From Candidatus Freyarchaeum deiterrae (GTDB lineage Archaea; Asgardarchaeota; Jordiarchaeia; Jordiarchaeales; Jordiarchaeaceae): DNA of 64,000 nt. Positions 10,821 through 19,839 of this stretch are shown in pieces; the stretch's first letter is position 1, and each line of letters begins with the position of its first letter. The notes under the pieces were generated by a model that saw nothing but the letters and a program-made list of their open reading frames with translations, was not told the DNA's origin and did not search any database. Where the stretch lies: NCBI GenBank assembly GCA_037305845.1, contig CP147778.1, forward strand, positions 1 through 64,000, read 5' to 3'. The translations under genes were made by a program, and so were the position numbers.

Positions 10821-11876
10821 GTGTGGTTTATAATGAACTCTTACGACCGAATTATGTCGGCTTTGAAGGGCGACAAGGCGGAATTGGATTACATTCCCTG
10901 TATAAATCCTGCCTCAAGCGGCACCCTGGAGTTAATGGAGCAATTTGATGTTTGGTGGCCCGATGTGCACAGGAATCCCGAAAAGATGGCTAAGCTGGGC
11001 TCTGCTGCACACCGAGTCTGCGGATTGGAAATGATAACCATTCCCTTTGACATGGTGGTAGAGGCGGAGGTGTTCGGCGTCAGCATCGACTATCATGAGG
11101 ATAAAGGAAAATCTAAATACGATTTTTGGCCCTCCAGGAGGAAACCTCTAAGCAAGCTAATCGTGCCCCTTATTGTCCCTGACAACATTCAGAATCAGGG
11201 AAGAGTGAACGTTATTGTAAAGGCGATTAAACTGCTAAAAGAAGAATTCGGCGGCAAGGTGCCGATAAATGTCCAAATAATTCCACCCTTCACGAGTCTC
11301 AGCTACTATATTTTAGACACCGTAAGCTTCTTTCTATCTCTGGTGAGAAAACCCGACGAAGTAAAAACAGTTCTAGAAGAGGCTTTACCTGTGTACCTTG
11401 AACTGTCTAAGATATACAGTGAAGCAGGCGCAGATATCATTACCCTTCACGATATGGGAGCTCACGCAAAAATGATAAACGAAATACAGTTCGAACAGCT
11501 CGTTAAACCCTATCTAAAACGCATGACTGAAAGTCTGGAAACAACCATACTAAACATCTGCGGGCCGACCATACCCTTCCTGAAAAAAATGGTTGAATGT
11601 GGAGCAACAGCCATAACCATAGACGAAACAAACCCCATGAGAGACGCCAGAAGCATAGTCGATAAGATAAAACCCGGCTACTCCATAATAGGAAACCTTT
11701 CCCCAAGAGACCTACTGGCAGAAGGAACACCCGAACAGATTAACGAATCAGTAAAAAACCTGATCCGAGAAGGAGTAAGCCTTGTAGCGCCGGGATGCGA
11801 CCTCTTATTAGAAACACCCACCGAGAACGTATGCACCATGGTGGAAGCGACAAGAAAAAATGGAAAAATCCGATAG
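10821..11876 (+). CDS. MtaA/CmuA methyltransferase / uroporphyrinogen decarboxylase family protein
   Basis: PFDMVVEAEVFG, GADIITLHD, ILNICG, GNLSP and APGCD motifs. Start possibly 10833. Confidence 0.8.
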   Translation: MWFIMNSYDRIMSALKGDKAELDYIPCINPASSGTLELMEQFDVWWPDVHRNPEKMAKLGSAAHRVCGLEMITIPFDMVVEAEVFGVSIDYHEDKGKSKYDFWPSRRKPLSKLIVPLIVPDNIQNQGRVNVIVKAIKLLKEEFGGKVPINVQIIPPFTSLSYYILDTVSFFLSLVRKPDEVKTVLEEALPVYLELSKIYSEAGADIITLHDMGAHAKMINEIQFEQLVKPYLKRMTESLETTILNICGPTIPFLKKMVECGATAITIDETNPMRDARSIVDKIKPGYSIIGNLSPRDLLAEGTPEQINESVKNLIREGVSLVAPGCDLLLETPTENVCTMVEATRKNGKIR

Positions 11877-12074
11877 AAATAAAGACGGAAATACATACGG
11901 AACCTTTTCCTAGTGCTTATTCTCATATTTTACAATTCTACTAAAAGGGATGTCAAACTAAATATCATAAAATATAATATAATAAAGCAAACTAAATTAA
12001 AAAAATTTATATTTTCAATTGTGTTGTATTAATACAGAATATACTGAAGTAAATACTACAACGACAACAAAGTA

Positions 12075-12815
12075 ATGTATATTGGAGTTGGGAAAGTGAA
12101 AGCAGCAAAACAAAAGCTATCAGATTTTATAATGTTTGAGAAAGCCCCATACGAAAAACCGGATCTGAGGAATATCATGGAAATACATACGGGAGGGGCA
12201 AAGGAAAGAGAAAAAGTTTACGGACCCGCATTCACCGCAGAATTCATAAAATACACTTTACGGACTGCAGAAAAACAAACCGGAGAAAACCCACCCCAAG
12301 ATATCAAAACCCTGGACCAGCTGAAGGAGTATCTAATCTCAATATCGGAAAAACTATCTTCGCCCCCCTATCTCATATTGATTGGGGCGGAGTATGTTAT
12401 TGATAAAAAGTTCGAAGGTTCGCAGGCAGCTGGAACTCAACTCATGTTTAGAGGTGTTACAAAAAGGGTAGTAGAATCGGATAGCAACATGAAACAATTT
12501 CCAAGAGCCGATGTAGACCAGACCCTTACAAAGCTTCGCCAGCTCGCGGTTGGAATGAAGATTGCTCCCCTCGAATTCGGATACAAGATGAATGAAGATA
12601 ATAGCGTAGACGTATTTCACGGAGGCTGTTTCTATCTTAAGGGATGCCAAACGTCTTTGGAGCATGGCTTGTTAAAACGAAAAGACGGAAGAATGGCATG
12701 CGGCGCCTCTTCGTTTGTATGCCAGTTCCTTAAAATGGGAACCAAGTATGAATGGGATTACACCATCTTAGAATTTAGCGAAACACACTGTATAGTGAAT
12801 TGTTTTATGATCTAA
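12075..12815 (+). CDS. Cys-rich hypothetical protein, tandem paralog 1 (V4R-like C-terminus possible)
   Basis: Shares FEKAPY, EDIKTLDQL, APLEFGYK, HxGC, MACG and EWDY blocks with the next two genes. Confidence 0.7.
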   Translation: MYIGVGKVKAAKQKLSDFIMFEKAPYEKPDLRNIMEIHTGGAKEREKVYGPAFTAEFIKYTLRTAEKQTGENPPQDIKTLDQLKEYLISISEKLSSPPYLILIGAEYVIDKKFEGSQAAGTQLMFRGVTKRVVESDSNMKQFPRADVDQTLTKLRQLAVGMKIAPLEFGYKMNEDNSVDVFHGGCFYLKGCQTSLEHGLLKRKDGRMACGASSFVCQFLKMGTKYEWDYTILEFSETHCIVNCFMI

Positions 12816-13108
12816 TAGTCCATGCGAGTAAGAGACTTTCAGAGATTTCAACGCTGAAACTCGGGGCGATATTACCTTAAATTATATTTTTTTCTTTTTT
12901 TATAATTCATTTAGACCACGTGGGGCTTATTTCTCTCCTTGAATTGTTGGGGATTCTGCACTTGATTTGAGGTATCAAATTGAGTATTTTAATGTATGAT
13001 ACGAGGAAATATTTTCACAAATAAACTTATATCTCTAATTTTGTTATATTACTACAGAAAAGAGTTGGAAATAACGCGAATAACATAATATAAAAGGGAT
13101 GTTGGAAA

Positions 13109-13822
13109 GTGTCGGAACTAAAGTTCTCAGACTTTATAACCTTTGAGAAGGCTCCATATGAAAAACTCGATACTAAGAGTAACATAGAGGTATACATGAG
13201 GGGGGCGAAGGAGAAAGAAAAAGTGTACGGCTCCAAGTTTACCACCATGTTCATAAAGTACGCTTTGATGGCGGTATCTAACCAAATCGGAAGAAAAACG
13301 CCCGAAGATATCAAAACCCTGGATCAGTTGAAAGAGTATCTAATCTCAATATCGGATAAATTAAGGATTCCAGCCTATTCTCTAGTGATTTGGGCCCAAT
13401 TGGTAACTGATAAAAAGTTGGAGGGCTCTCTGGAGCGGGGAACTCAACTTATGTATAGAGGTATTGCCAAAAGTTTATTGGAATCGGAGGATGAGAGCGA
13501 ATCACCTCTAAAAGAGAATGCAGACCAGATCCTAGCAAAGCAGCGCAAGCTCGCGATTGACATAAAGATTGCTCCCCTTGAATTCGGATACAAGAAGAAT
13601 GTAGATGGAAGCGTAGACATATTACACAGAGGTTGCTTCTTTTTTGAAGGATGCCAAATGTCTTGGGAGCAGGGCTTGTTAAGAAGGTTAGACAGCAGAA
13701 TTATGTGTGGTGCCTCTATGTTTATATGCGAGTTTCTCAAAATGGGTACAGGTTACGAATGGGACCATGCTATCTTAGAATTTGATAAGTCATATTGTCT
13801 AGTGACATGTTTTCCAATCTAA
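13109..13822 (+). CDS. Cys-rich hypothetical protein, tandem paralog 2
   Basis: Same conserved blocks as 12075-12815. Confidence 0.7.
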   Translation: MSELKFSDFITFEKAPYEKLDTKSNIEVYMRGAKEKEKVYGSKFTTMFIKYALMAVSNQIGRKTPEDIKTLDQLKEYLISISDKLRIPAYSLVIWAQLVTDKKLEGSLERGTQLMYRGIAKSLLESEDESESPLKENADQILAKQRKLAIDIKIAPLEFGYKKNVDGSVDILHRGCFFFEGCQMSWEQGLLRRLDSRIMCGASMFICEFLKMGTGYEWDHAILEFDKSYCLVTCFPI

Positions 13823-14309
13823 TAGTTCATGCAAATGAAGGCCCTAAAAAGAAATTTAAACGGGGAAGCAAAACGGTAATCCGTTAGATTGCCTTAGTTA
13901 TAATTTCTTTTTTTTATAAACCATTTTGACTAATTTGTAAAAAAGCTTATTTGAAAAAGCTTGACGACACCTAGAGTCAAGCATTACTCCCTTTACCTGA
14001 ATTGTAGCAACGGTTTCTTCACAGGGTTTTCTAGACTTTTCTAGGCTGAGAGACTTTGAATACTGAAAGAGAGTTTTCCTGAGATGGCGTTTAAACCCTG
14101 AATTGTTTAATTCAACTCTCTAGAGAGATTGAGGTTTTCTCAAAAAATAAGTATACTCTAAAAAGTCTAATTATTTTTATATAAATTTAATAAAAGAGGT
14201 TATTTCTTGCGAAATATTCATTAAATATTAAGAAATATTGCTAAAAATATTTTTATATTGCGAAAACTAGAATATATAATACCGATTTAATAAAGTTAGG
14301 TGCGGGAAA

Positions 14310-15020
14310 GTGTCAGAATTAACTTCCGGTTTTAAAATGTTTGAAAGGGCTCCATATAAAGTGCCTGATTCCAGAGCCTTTACAGAAGCGATTATTGATG
14401 GAATAAGAGGAGAAGAAAAAATATACGGCCCCTTTTTCACCACCACACTCATAAAATACTGTTTAAAGGCGGTGGCTAAAACAACGGGAGAGAACCAATC
14501 CGAGGATATCAAAACATTGAACCAGTTGACAGATTATTTACTCACAAAATCAAATAAACTAACAATGCCTCCTTACTTCTTACTTCTGTGGGCTCAGTTT
14601 GTAACTGACCAAAAGTTCGAAGGCTTTCAGGCAGTTGGAACTCAACTCATGTATAAAGGTCTTACCCAAAGAGCGGCGAAATCTGAAGATTTCGAGGCAC
14701 TACTCAAAAATGTTAATGTAGACCTGCTACTAGCCAAGCTTCGCCAGCTTGCCGTTAATATTAAAGTCGCTCCACTTGAATTCGGATACAAGAAAAATGA
14801 GGATAGAACGATAGATATAATTCACGGTGGATGCCACTTTTTTGAGGGATGCCAGAAATCTTCGGAGCAGGACTTGTTAACACGACCGGACGGAAGAATG
14901 GCGTGCGGGGCCACCGTGATTGTATGCCAGTTCCTTAAAATGGGAACTAATCATGAGTGGGATTATACTATCTTAGAATTCAGTGAACCGCACTGTGTAG
15001 TGAAGTGTTTTATGATCTAA
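14310..15020 (+). CDS. Cys-rich hypothetical protein, tandem paralog 3
   Basis: Same conserved blocks as 12075-12815. Confidence 0.7.
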   Translation: MSELTSGFKMFERAPYKVPDSRAFTEAIIDGIRGEEKIYGPFFTTTLIKYCLKAVAKTTGENQSEDIKTLNQLTDYLLTKSNKLTMPPYFLLLWAQFVTDQKFEGFQAVGTQLMYKGLTQRAAKSEDFEALLKNVNVDLLLAKLRQLAVNIKVAPLEFGYKKNEDRTIDIIHGGCHFFEGCQKSSEQDLLTRPDGRMACGATVIVCQFLKMGTNHEWDYTILEFSEPHCVVKCFMI

Positions 15021-15158
15021 TATAGAACATGTGAGTGAGAGATTTTCAGAGAAATTCCCACACGGAAGCAAAATATTATTCCCTTAAATTGTCCTTGATT
15101 TAAGACCTTTTTTTAAAACTATTTTGACCCGTATTGCAAAAACCGATTGTTGAAAAAT

Positions 15159-15233
15159 CTTGTAACACCGGGGTGTGACCTCGTGTTAGAACTACCCACC
15201 AATAACATGTTCACCGTGGTAGAAGCTGCATGA
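15159..15233 (+). pseudogene. Remnant of the 3' end of an MtaA/UroD-family gene
   Basis: Translates to LVTPGCDLVLELPTNNMFTVVEAA*, versus LVAPGCDLLLETPTENVCTMVEATR at 11781-11855. Confidence 0.75.
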
Positions 15234-15646
15234 AAAATCGAAAAATTATGTGTTAGTTTAAAAATCCATAAAAATTTTTAGAAATAAGCGGAGTTTTAAT
15301 TGTGGGGGAGTACACCTCTTCAACATCCTCTGGAACTCGGTCTTTTACCAGAATTTTCTGCGGGGCTTGGGAGGAACTGCCCGAGAGAGAAAATCCTTGG
15401 ATAATCGGAGGACGGAAAGTATAACATCCCTCATTCAGAGATGTTTGAAAACCACATCAAACAAAAATCTTACCGAGACGAGCAAGTTCCCACCGATAAA
15501 AACCCACTTGCACAAACTTTTATATACACACTTTTTATTATATTTTCTTAGCACATTTTTTCTACCGAAAAAGTGAAGGGCAGACTAAGTGGAAAGCGAA
15601 GCACACTCTACCCGATAAAATGTAGGGTATATGAGTTATCCGAGCA

Positions 15647-18424
15647 ATGCGAATCAGCCCTTTCACGGAGGTATTGAATAGAATGTGGAAAGTGAAAAGA
15701 AACGCTGCCAGATACCTGCCCCTGATTGTAATACTTCTCCTCATGCTGACACTGCTCACCGCACTCACAACACAAACTGCAAAACCACAACAAGTCCCCC
15801 TCACAGTCCCACTCCTAACACAGTACACAACAGAGAAACAAACCAACGTAACCGGATGGCCAGTAAAAATTGGAGGAATCACAGGTAATGTGTTTTCTTC
15901 TCCGGCTCTGGGAGACATAAACGACGACGGCCAACTAGAAATAGTAGTAGGAACAGGAGAAGACTATGTTTGGGCTCTTAACGGCGACGGCACCAACGTA
16001 ACCGGATGGCCCAGAAAAACCGGGGGTGCTGTGTTTTCTTCTCCGGCTCTAGGAGACATTGACAACGACGGCAAACTAGAAGTAGTAGTAGGATCATACG
16101 ACACCTACGTTTGGGCTTTTAACCACGATGGCACCAACGTGACCGGATGGCCAGTAAAAACCGGAGGTAAGGTGCTTTCTTCTCCAGCTCTAGGCGACAT
16201 TGACAACGACGGACAACTAGAAATAGTAGTAGGATCGGACGACGACTATGTTTGGGCATTTAACGGCAACGGCACCAACGTAACCGGATGGCCAGTAAAA
16301 ACCGGAGGTGATGTGGGATCTTCTCCGGCTCTAGGAGACATTGACGAAGACGGACAACTAGAAATAGTAGTAGGATCGGTTGATACCTATGTTTGGGCTT
16401 TTAACCAAGACGGCACCAACGTGACCGGATGGCCCAGAAAAACAGGAGATATAGTGGGATCTTCTCCGGCTCTGGGAGACATAAACGACGACGGCAAACT
16501 AGAAGTAGTAGTAGGATCATACGACACCTACGTTTGGGCTTTTAACCACGATGGCACCAACGTGACCGGATGGCCAGTAAAAACCGGGGATAGGGTGTTT
16601 TCTTCTCCGGCTCTGGGAGACATTGACGAGGACAGAAGACTGGAAATAGTAGTAGGATCATGGGACGACTATGTTTGGGCTTTTAACCACGATGGTACCA
16701 ACGTGACCGGATGGCCAGTAAAAACCGGAGACAGGGTGGATTCTTCTCCAGCTCTGGGAGACATTGACAACGACGGACAATTAGAAATAGTAATAGGATC
16801 ATACGATGACTACGTTTGGGCATTTAACAGCAACGGCACCAACGCAACTGGATGGCCAGTAAAAACCGGAGGTGATGTGATTTCTTCTCCGGCTCTGGGG
16901 GACATTGACGGCGATGTCTTGGCGGAAATAGTGGTAGGATCGTGGGACGACTATGTTTGGGCTTTTAACTGTCCTAGTGCTTACAGTGTTTCCAGATTCC
17001 CCTGGCCTGAGTTTCACCATGATGCGCATAACGCCGGTCTCTACACCCCACCTCCCTACTGGCCCGTAAAAACGGGAGGCTATGTGTATTCTTCTCCAGC
17101 TCTGGGAGACATTGACAACGACGGACAACTAGAAATAGTAATAGGATCAGGTGACAACTGTACTTGGGCTTTTAATGGTGACGGATCCATCGTGACCGGA
17201 TGGCCCAGAAAAACCGGGGGTGCTGTGTTTTCTTCTCCGGCTCTAGGGGACATTGACAACGACGGACAACTAGAAATAGTAGTAGGATCAGGTGACGGCT
17301 ACGTTTGGGCTTTTAACCACGACGGCACCAATTTGAGCGGATGGCCCAGGAAAACCGGAGCTTTGGTGGTTTCTTCTCCAGCTCTGGGCGACATTGACAA
17401 CGACGGAAGGCTGGAAATAGTAGTAGGATCATATGATAGCTATGTTTGGGCTTTTAATAACGACGGTACTAACGTAACCGGATGGCCCAGACAAACGGGA
17501 GGCTATGTGTATTCTTCTCCGGCTCTGGGAGACATAGACAACGACGGACAACTAGAAATAGTAATAGGATCAAATGACAACTGTACTTGGGCTTTTTACG
17601 GCGACGGCACCAACATGAGCGGCTGGCCCATACAAACTGGAGGTGAGGTGGCTTCTTCTCCAGCTCTGGGTGACATTAATGGCGACGGAAGGCTGGAAAT
17701 AGTAGTAGGGTCGAATGACGGCTATGTTTGGGCTTTTAACAGCAACGGTACCAACGTAACCGGATGGCCCAGACAAATAGGAGATTATGTGGAGTCTTCT
17801 CCGGCTCTGGGAGACATAGACAACGACGGACAACTGGAAATAGTAGTAGGATCATACGATGACTATGTTTGGGCTTTTAACCAAGACGGCACCAACGTAA
17901 CCGGATGGCCAGTAAAAACCGGAGATGATGTGTTTTCTTCTCCGGCTCTGGGAGACATAGACGGTGACGGACAACTGGAAATAGTAGTAGGATCATACGA
18001 TGACTATGTTTGGGCTTTTAACCAAGACGGCACCAACGTAACCGGATGGCCCAGAAAAACAGGAGATTATGTGGAGTCTTCTCCAGCTCTGGGGGACATT
18101 GACGGCGATGCCTTAGCGGAAGTGGTGGTAGGATCGGATGACAGCTATGTTTGGGTTTTTAATTGTCCTGGTGCTTACAGTGTTTCCGGATTCTCGTGGC
18201 CTGAGTTTCACCATGATGCGCGCAACACCGGTCTCTACATCCCTTATACCCCACCACCTAGTTCTAGTGTTCCGCTGTTTCTGTTTGCTTCCCTTTTGGC
18301 TATGCAGCAGTCGCAGACCAGCCAGCTTGTACTCTTTGCCGGAGTTGGGGTCATGGTGGTCTCTGCCGTGGCTCTGGGTTTCGTGCTGGGGTTTGTGCTG
18401 GGAAGGAGAGAGCTTTGGTCATAG
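15647..18424 (+). CDS. FG-GAP/VCBS-like repeat surface protein, 2 x 8 repeats, C-terminal membrane anchor
   Basis: 16 copies of a ~47-aa unit (TNVTGWP.KTG..V.SSPALGDIDNDG.LEIVVGS.D.YVWAFN.DG) with DxDxDG Ca-binding loops; signal peptide and C-terminal TM. Start possibly 15683. Confidence 0.9.
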   Translation: MRISPFTEVLNRMWKVKRNAARYLPLIVILLLMLTLLTALTTQTAKPQQVPLTVPLLTQYTTEKQTNVTGWPVKIGGITGNVFSSPALGDINDDGQLEIVVGTGEDYVWALNGDGTNVTGWPRKTGGAVFSSPALGDIDNDGKLEVVVGSYDTYVWAFNHDGTNVTGWPVKTGGKVLSSPALGDIDNDGQLEIVVGSDDDYVWAFNGNGTNVTGWPVKTGGDVGSSPALGDIDEDGQLEIVVGSVDTYVWAFNQDGTNVTGWPRKTGDIVGSSPALGDINDDGKLEVVVGSYDTYVWAFNHDGTNVTGWPVKTGDRVFSSPALGDIDEDRRLEIVVGSWDDYVWAFNHDGTNVTGWPVKTGDRVDSSPALGDIDNDGQLEIVIGSYDDYVWAFNSNGTNATGWPVKTGGDVISSPALGDIDGDVLAEIVVGSWDDYVWAFNCPSAYSVSRFPWPEFHHDAHNAGLYTPPPYWPVKTGGYVYSSPALGDIDNDGQLEIVIGSGDNCTWAFNGDGSIVTGWPRKTGGAVFSSPALGDIDNDGQLEIVVGSGDGYVWAFNHDGTNLSGWPRKTGALVVSSPALGDIDNDGRLEIVVGSYDSYVWAFNNDGTNVTGWPRQTGGYVYSSPALGDIDNDGQLEIVIGSNDNCTWAFYGDGTNMSGWPIQTGGEVASSPALGDINGDGRLEIVVGSNDGYVWAFNSNGTNVTGWPRQIGDYVESSPALGDIDNDGQLEIVVGSYDDYVWAFNQDGTNVTGWPVKTGDDVFSSPALGDIDGDGQLEIVVGSYDDYVWAFNQDGTNVTGWPRKTGDYVESSPALGDIDGDALAEVVVGSDDSYVWVFNCPGAYSVSGFSWPEFHHDARNTGLYIPYTPPPSSSVPLFLFASLLAMQQSQTSQLVLFAGVGVMVVSAVALGFVLGFVLGRRELWS
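15842..18170 (+). repeat. ~141-bp intragenic tandem repeat (two blocks of 8)
   Basis: TTCTTCTCC(G/A)GCTCT(G/A)GG..GACAT recurs at ~141-nt spacing. Confidence 0.9.
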
Positions 18425-18551
18425 CGACGGCAGGGTAGCCTTCTCTCATTTGCTTTGTTCCTACCTTTTTTCCTTCTTTTTTTCTTTTTTTGCTTTGGTT
18501 TTGTAAACCAGTCATGCCTTTTTTCTTTTTCTTTTAAGCAATAAGGAGAGG

Positions 18552-19457
18552 GTGGTATCTCTTGCCCTGTTTGTAGCTTTTTCAGTAGCAGAACTTATTT
18601 TTATTCTAAAGTCTATTTTTGCATGTGACCTAAAGTGTGAGGAGCTTCAGATGATTGAGATTAACCACTTTGAAGAAGTTACGCAAATAAAGTTGAGCCA
18701 AGAAATGAACGGTAAACCACTTTATTGGGCTGCAGTATACCTTGTTGATGGACTTCAGATTGATACTGGTCCTGAGCACACCGCAGAGGAACTGGTCAAT
18801 TTTCTGAAGGGGCAAAATGTTAAGTTCGCGGTAAACACACACCACCATGAGGATTATATCGGAGCTAACCATCTTCTGCAGCAAAGATTGGGCATCCAAA
18901 TATACGCGCATCCCAAGGCAGTTCCACTAATTAATCAGGTTCCCAAGTTACTCCAATATCAGGAAATGGTTTGGGGTTATCCCGAGCCGACTAAAGTTTT
19001 ACCCTCGCCTGATAAAATAGACACTGAACATTTCCATTTTAATATAGTTGAAACCCCTGGCCATAGTGCGGGTCACATAGCGGTAGTGGAACAAGAAAAG
19101 GGTTGGTGCTTTACGGGGGACCTTTTTGTCACTGAGAAACCAAAGGCCTTCCGACCGCAGGAGGATATCTTGGAAATCATAAGGTCGATGAGAAAACTAG
19201 TGGAGCTCCCGACAGATAGACTTATTCTATTCACTGGAATAGGTAGAATCGTTGATAATGGAAGAGCAGCTCTTCGAAGCTGTGCGGATTACCTAGAAGA
19301 TTTATCACGAAAGATAAAGAATCTTGCGAAGAAGGGTCTTTCAGTAACTGCTATTCGGGAGCAGCTTATTGGTGAGGACAGTTCTTTGGCTCCATTAACG
19401 GAGGGAGATTTTTCCGCAGAGAACTTGATTAGATCTGTTCTGCGTTCAAAGAAATAA
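18552..19457 (+). CDS. Metallo-beta-lactamase fold hydrolase
   Basis: IDTG, THHHEDY (HxHxDH variant), TPGHSAGH and FTGD motifs. Start probably 18651. Confidence 0.8.
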   Translation: MVSLALFVAFSVAELIFILKSIFACDLKCEELQMIEINHFEEVTQIKLSQEMNGKPLYWAAVYLVDGLQIDTGPEHTAEELVNFLKGQNVKFAVNTHHHEDYIGANHLLQQRLGIQIYAHPKAVPLINQVPKLLQYQEMVWGYPEPTKVLPSPDKIDTEHFHFNIVETPGHSAGHIAVVEQEKGWCFTGDLFVTEKPKAFRPQEDILEIIRSMRKLVELPTDRLILFTGIGRIVDNGRAALRSCADYLEDLSRKIKNLAKKGLSVTAIREQLIGEDSSLAPLTEGDFSAENLIRSVLRSKK

Positions 19458-19839
19458 AGCGGAAACCAACCACAAATCACAGTAGCCACACAAAAATTCA
19501 CAAAAAATTTTTAATACAAAAATACACCCAGCCCAGTAGAAAAAACGCTCAGAGGAAAATAGGAGAAAGGGGAAGAGGAGGGGAGGAGAGGGGGGAGGAG
19601 GAAAGAAAGTGTTGATTCGAATGTTGAGAATCACTTTAAAATTCGAGAAAAATTTCGTGGAGGATTGGATTCTTTCTGAAACGGGATGAGGGAAATTCTA
19701 GAAACTTAAAATAGCTGTTCATGACTTTTCAGGTGATATGATTGATTTGTTTATCTGTTTTTTGTTATTGAGGTTCATTTTTGGGACTTTAAGAAAATCT
19801 TAAAAGAAGGCTTTTCTCTTATTTTTAGGATGATTTAGG

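Noticed and set aside
15842-18170. FG-GAP repeats as a CRISPR array or diversity-generating retroelement target
   Set aside because: The repeats are in frame and protein-coding with no unique spacers. No reverse transcriptase or template repeat is present.
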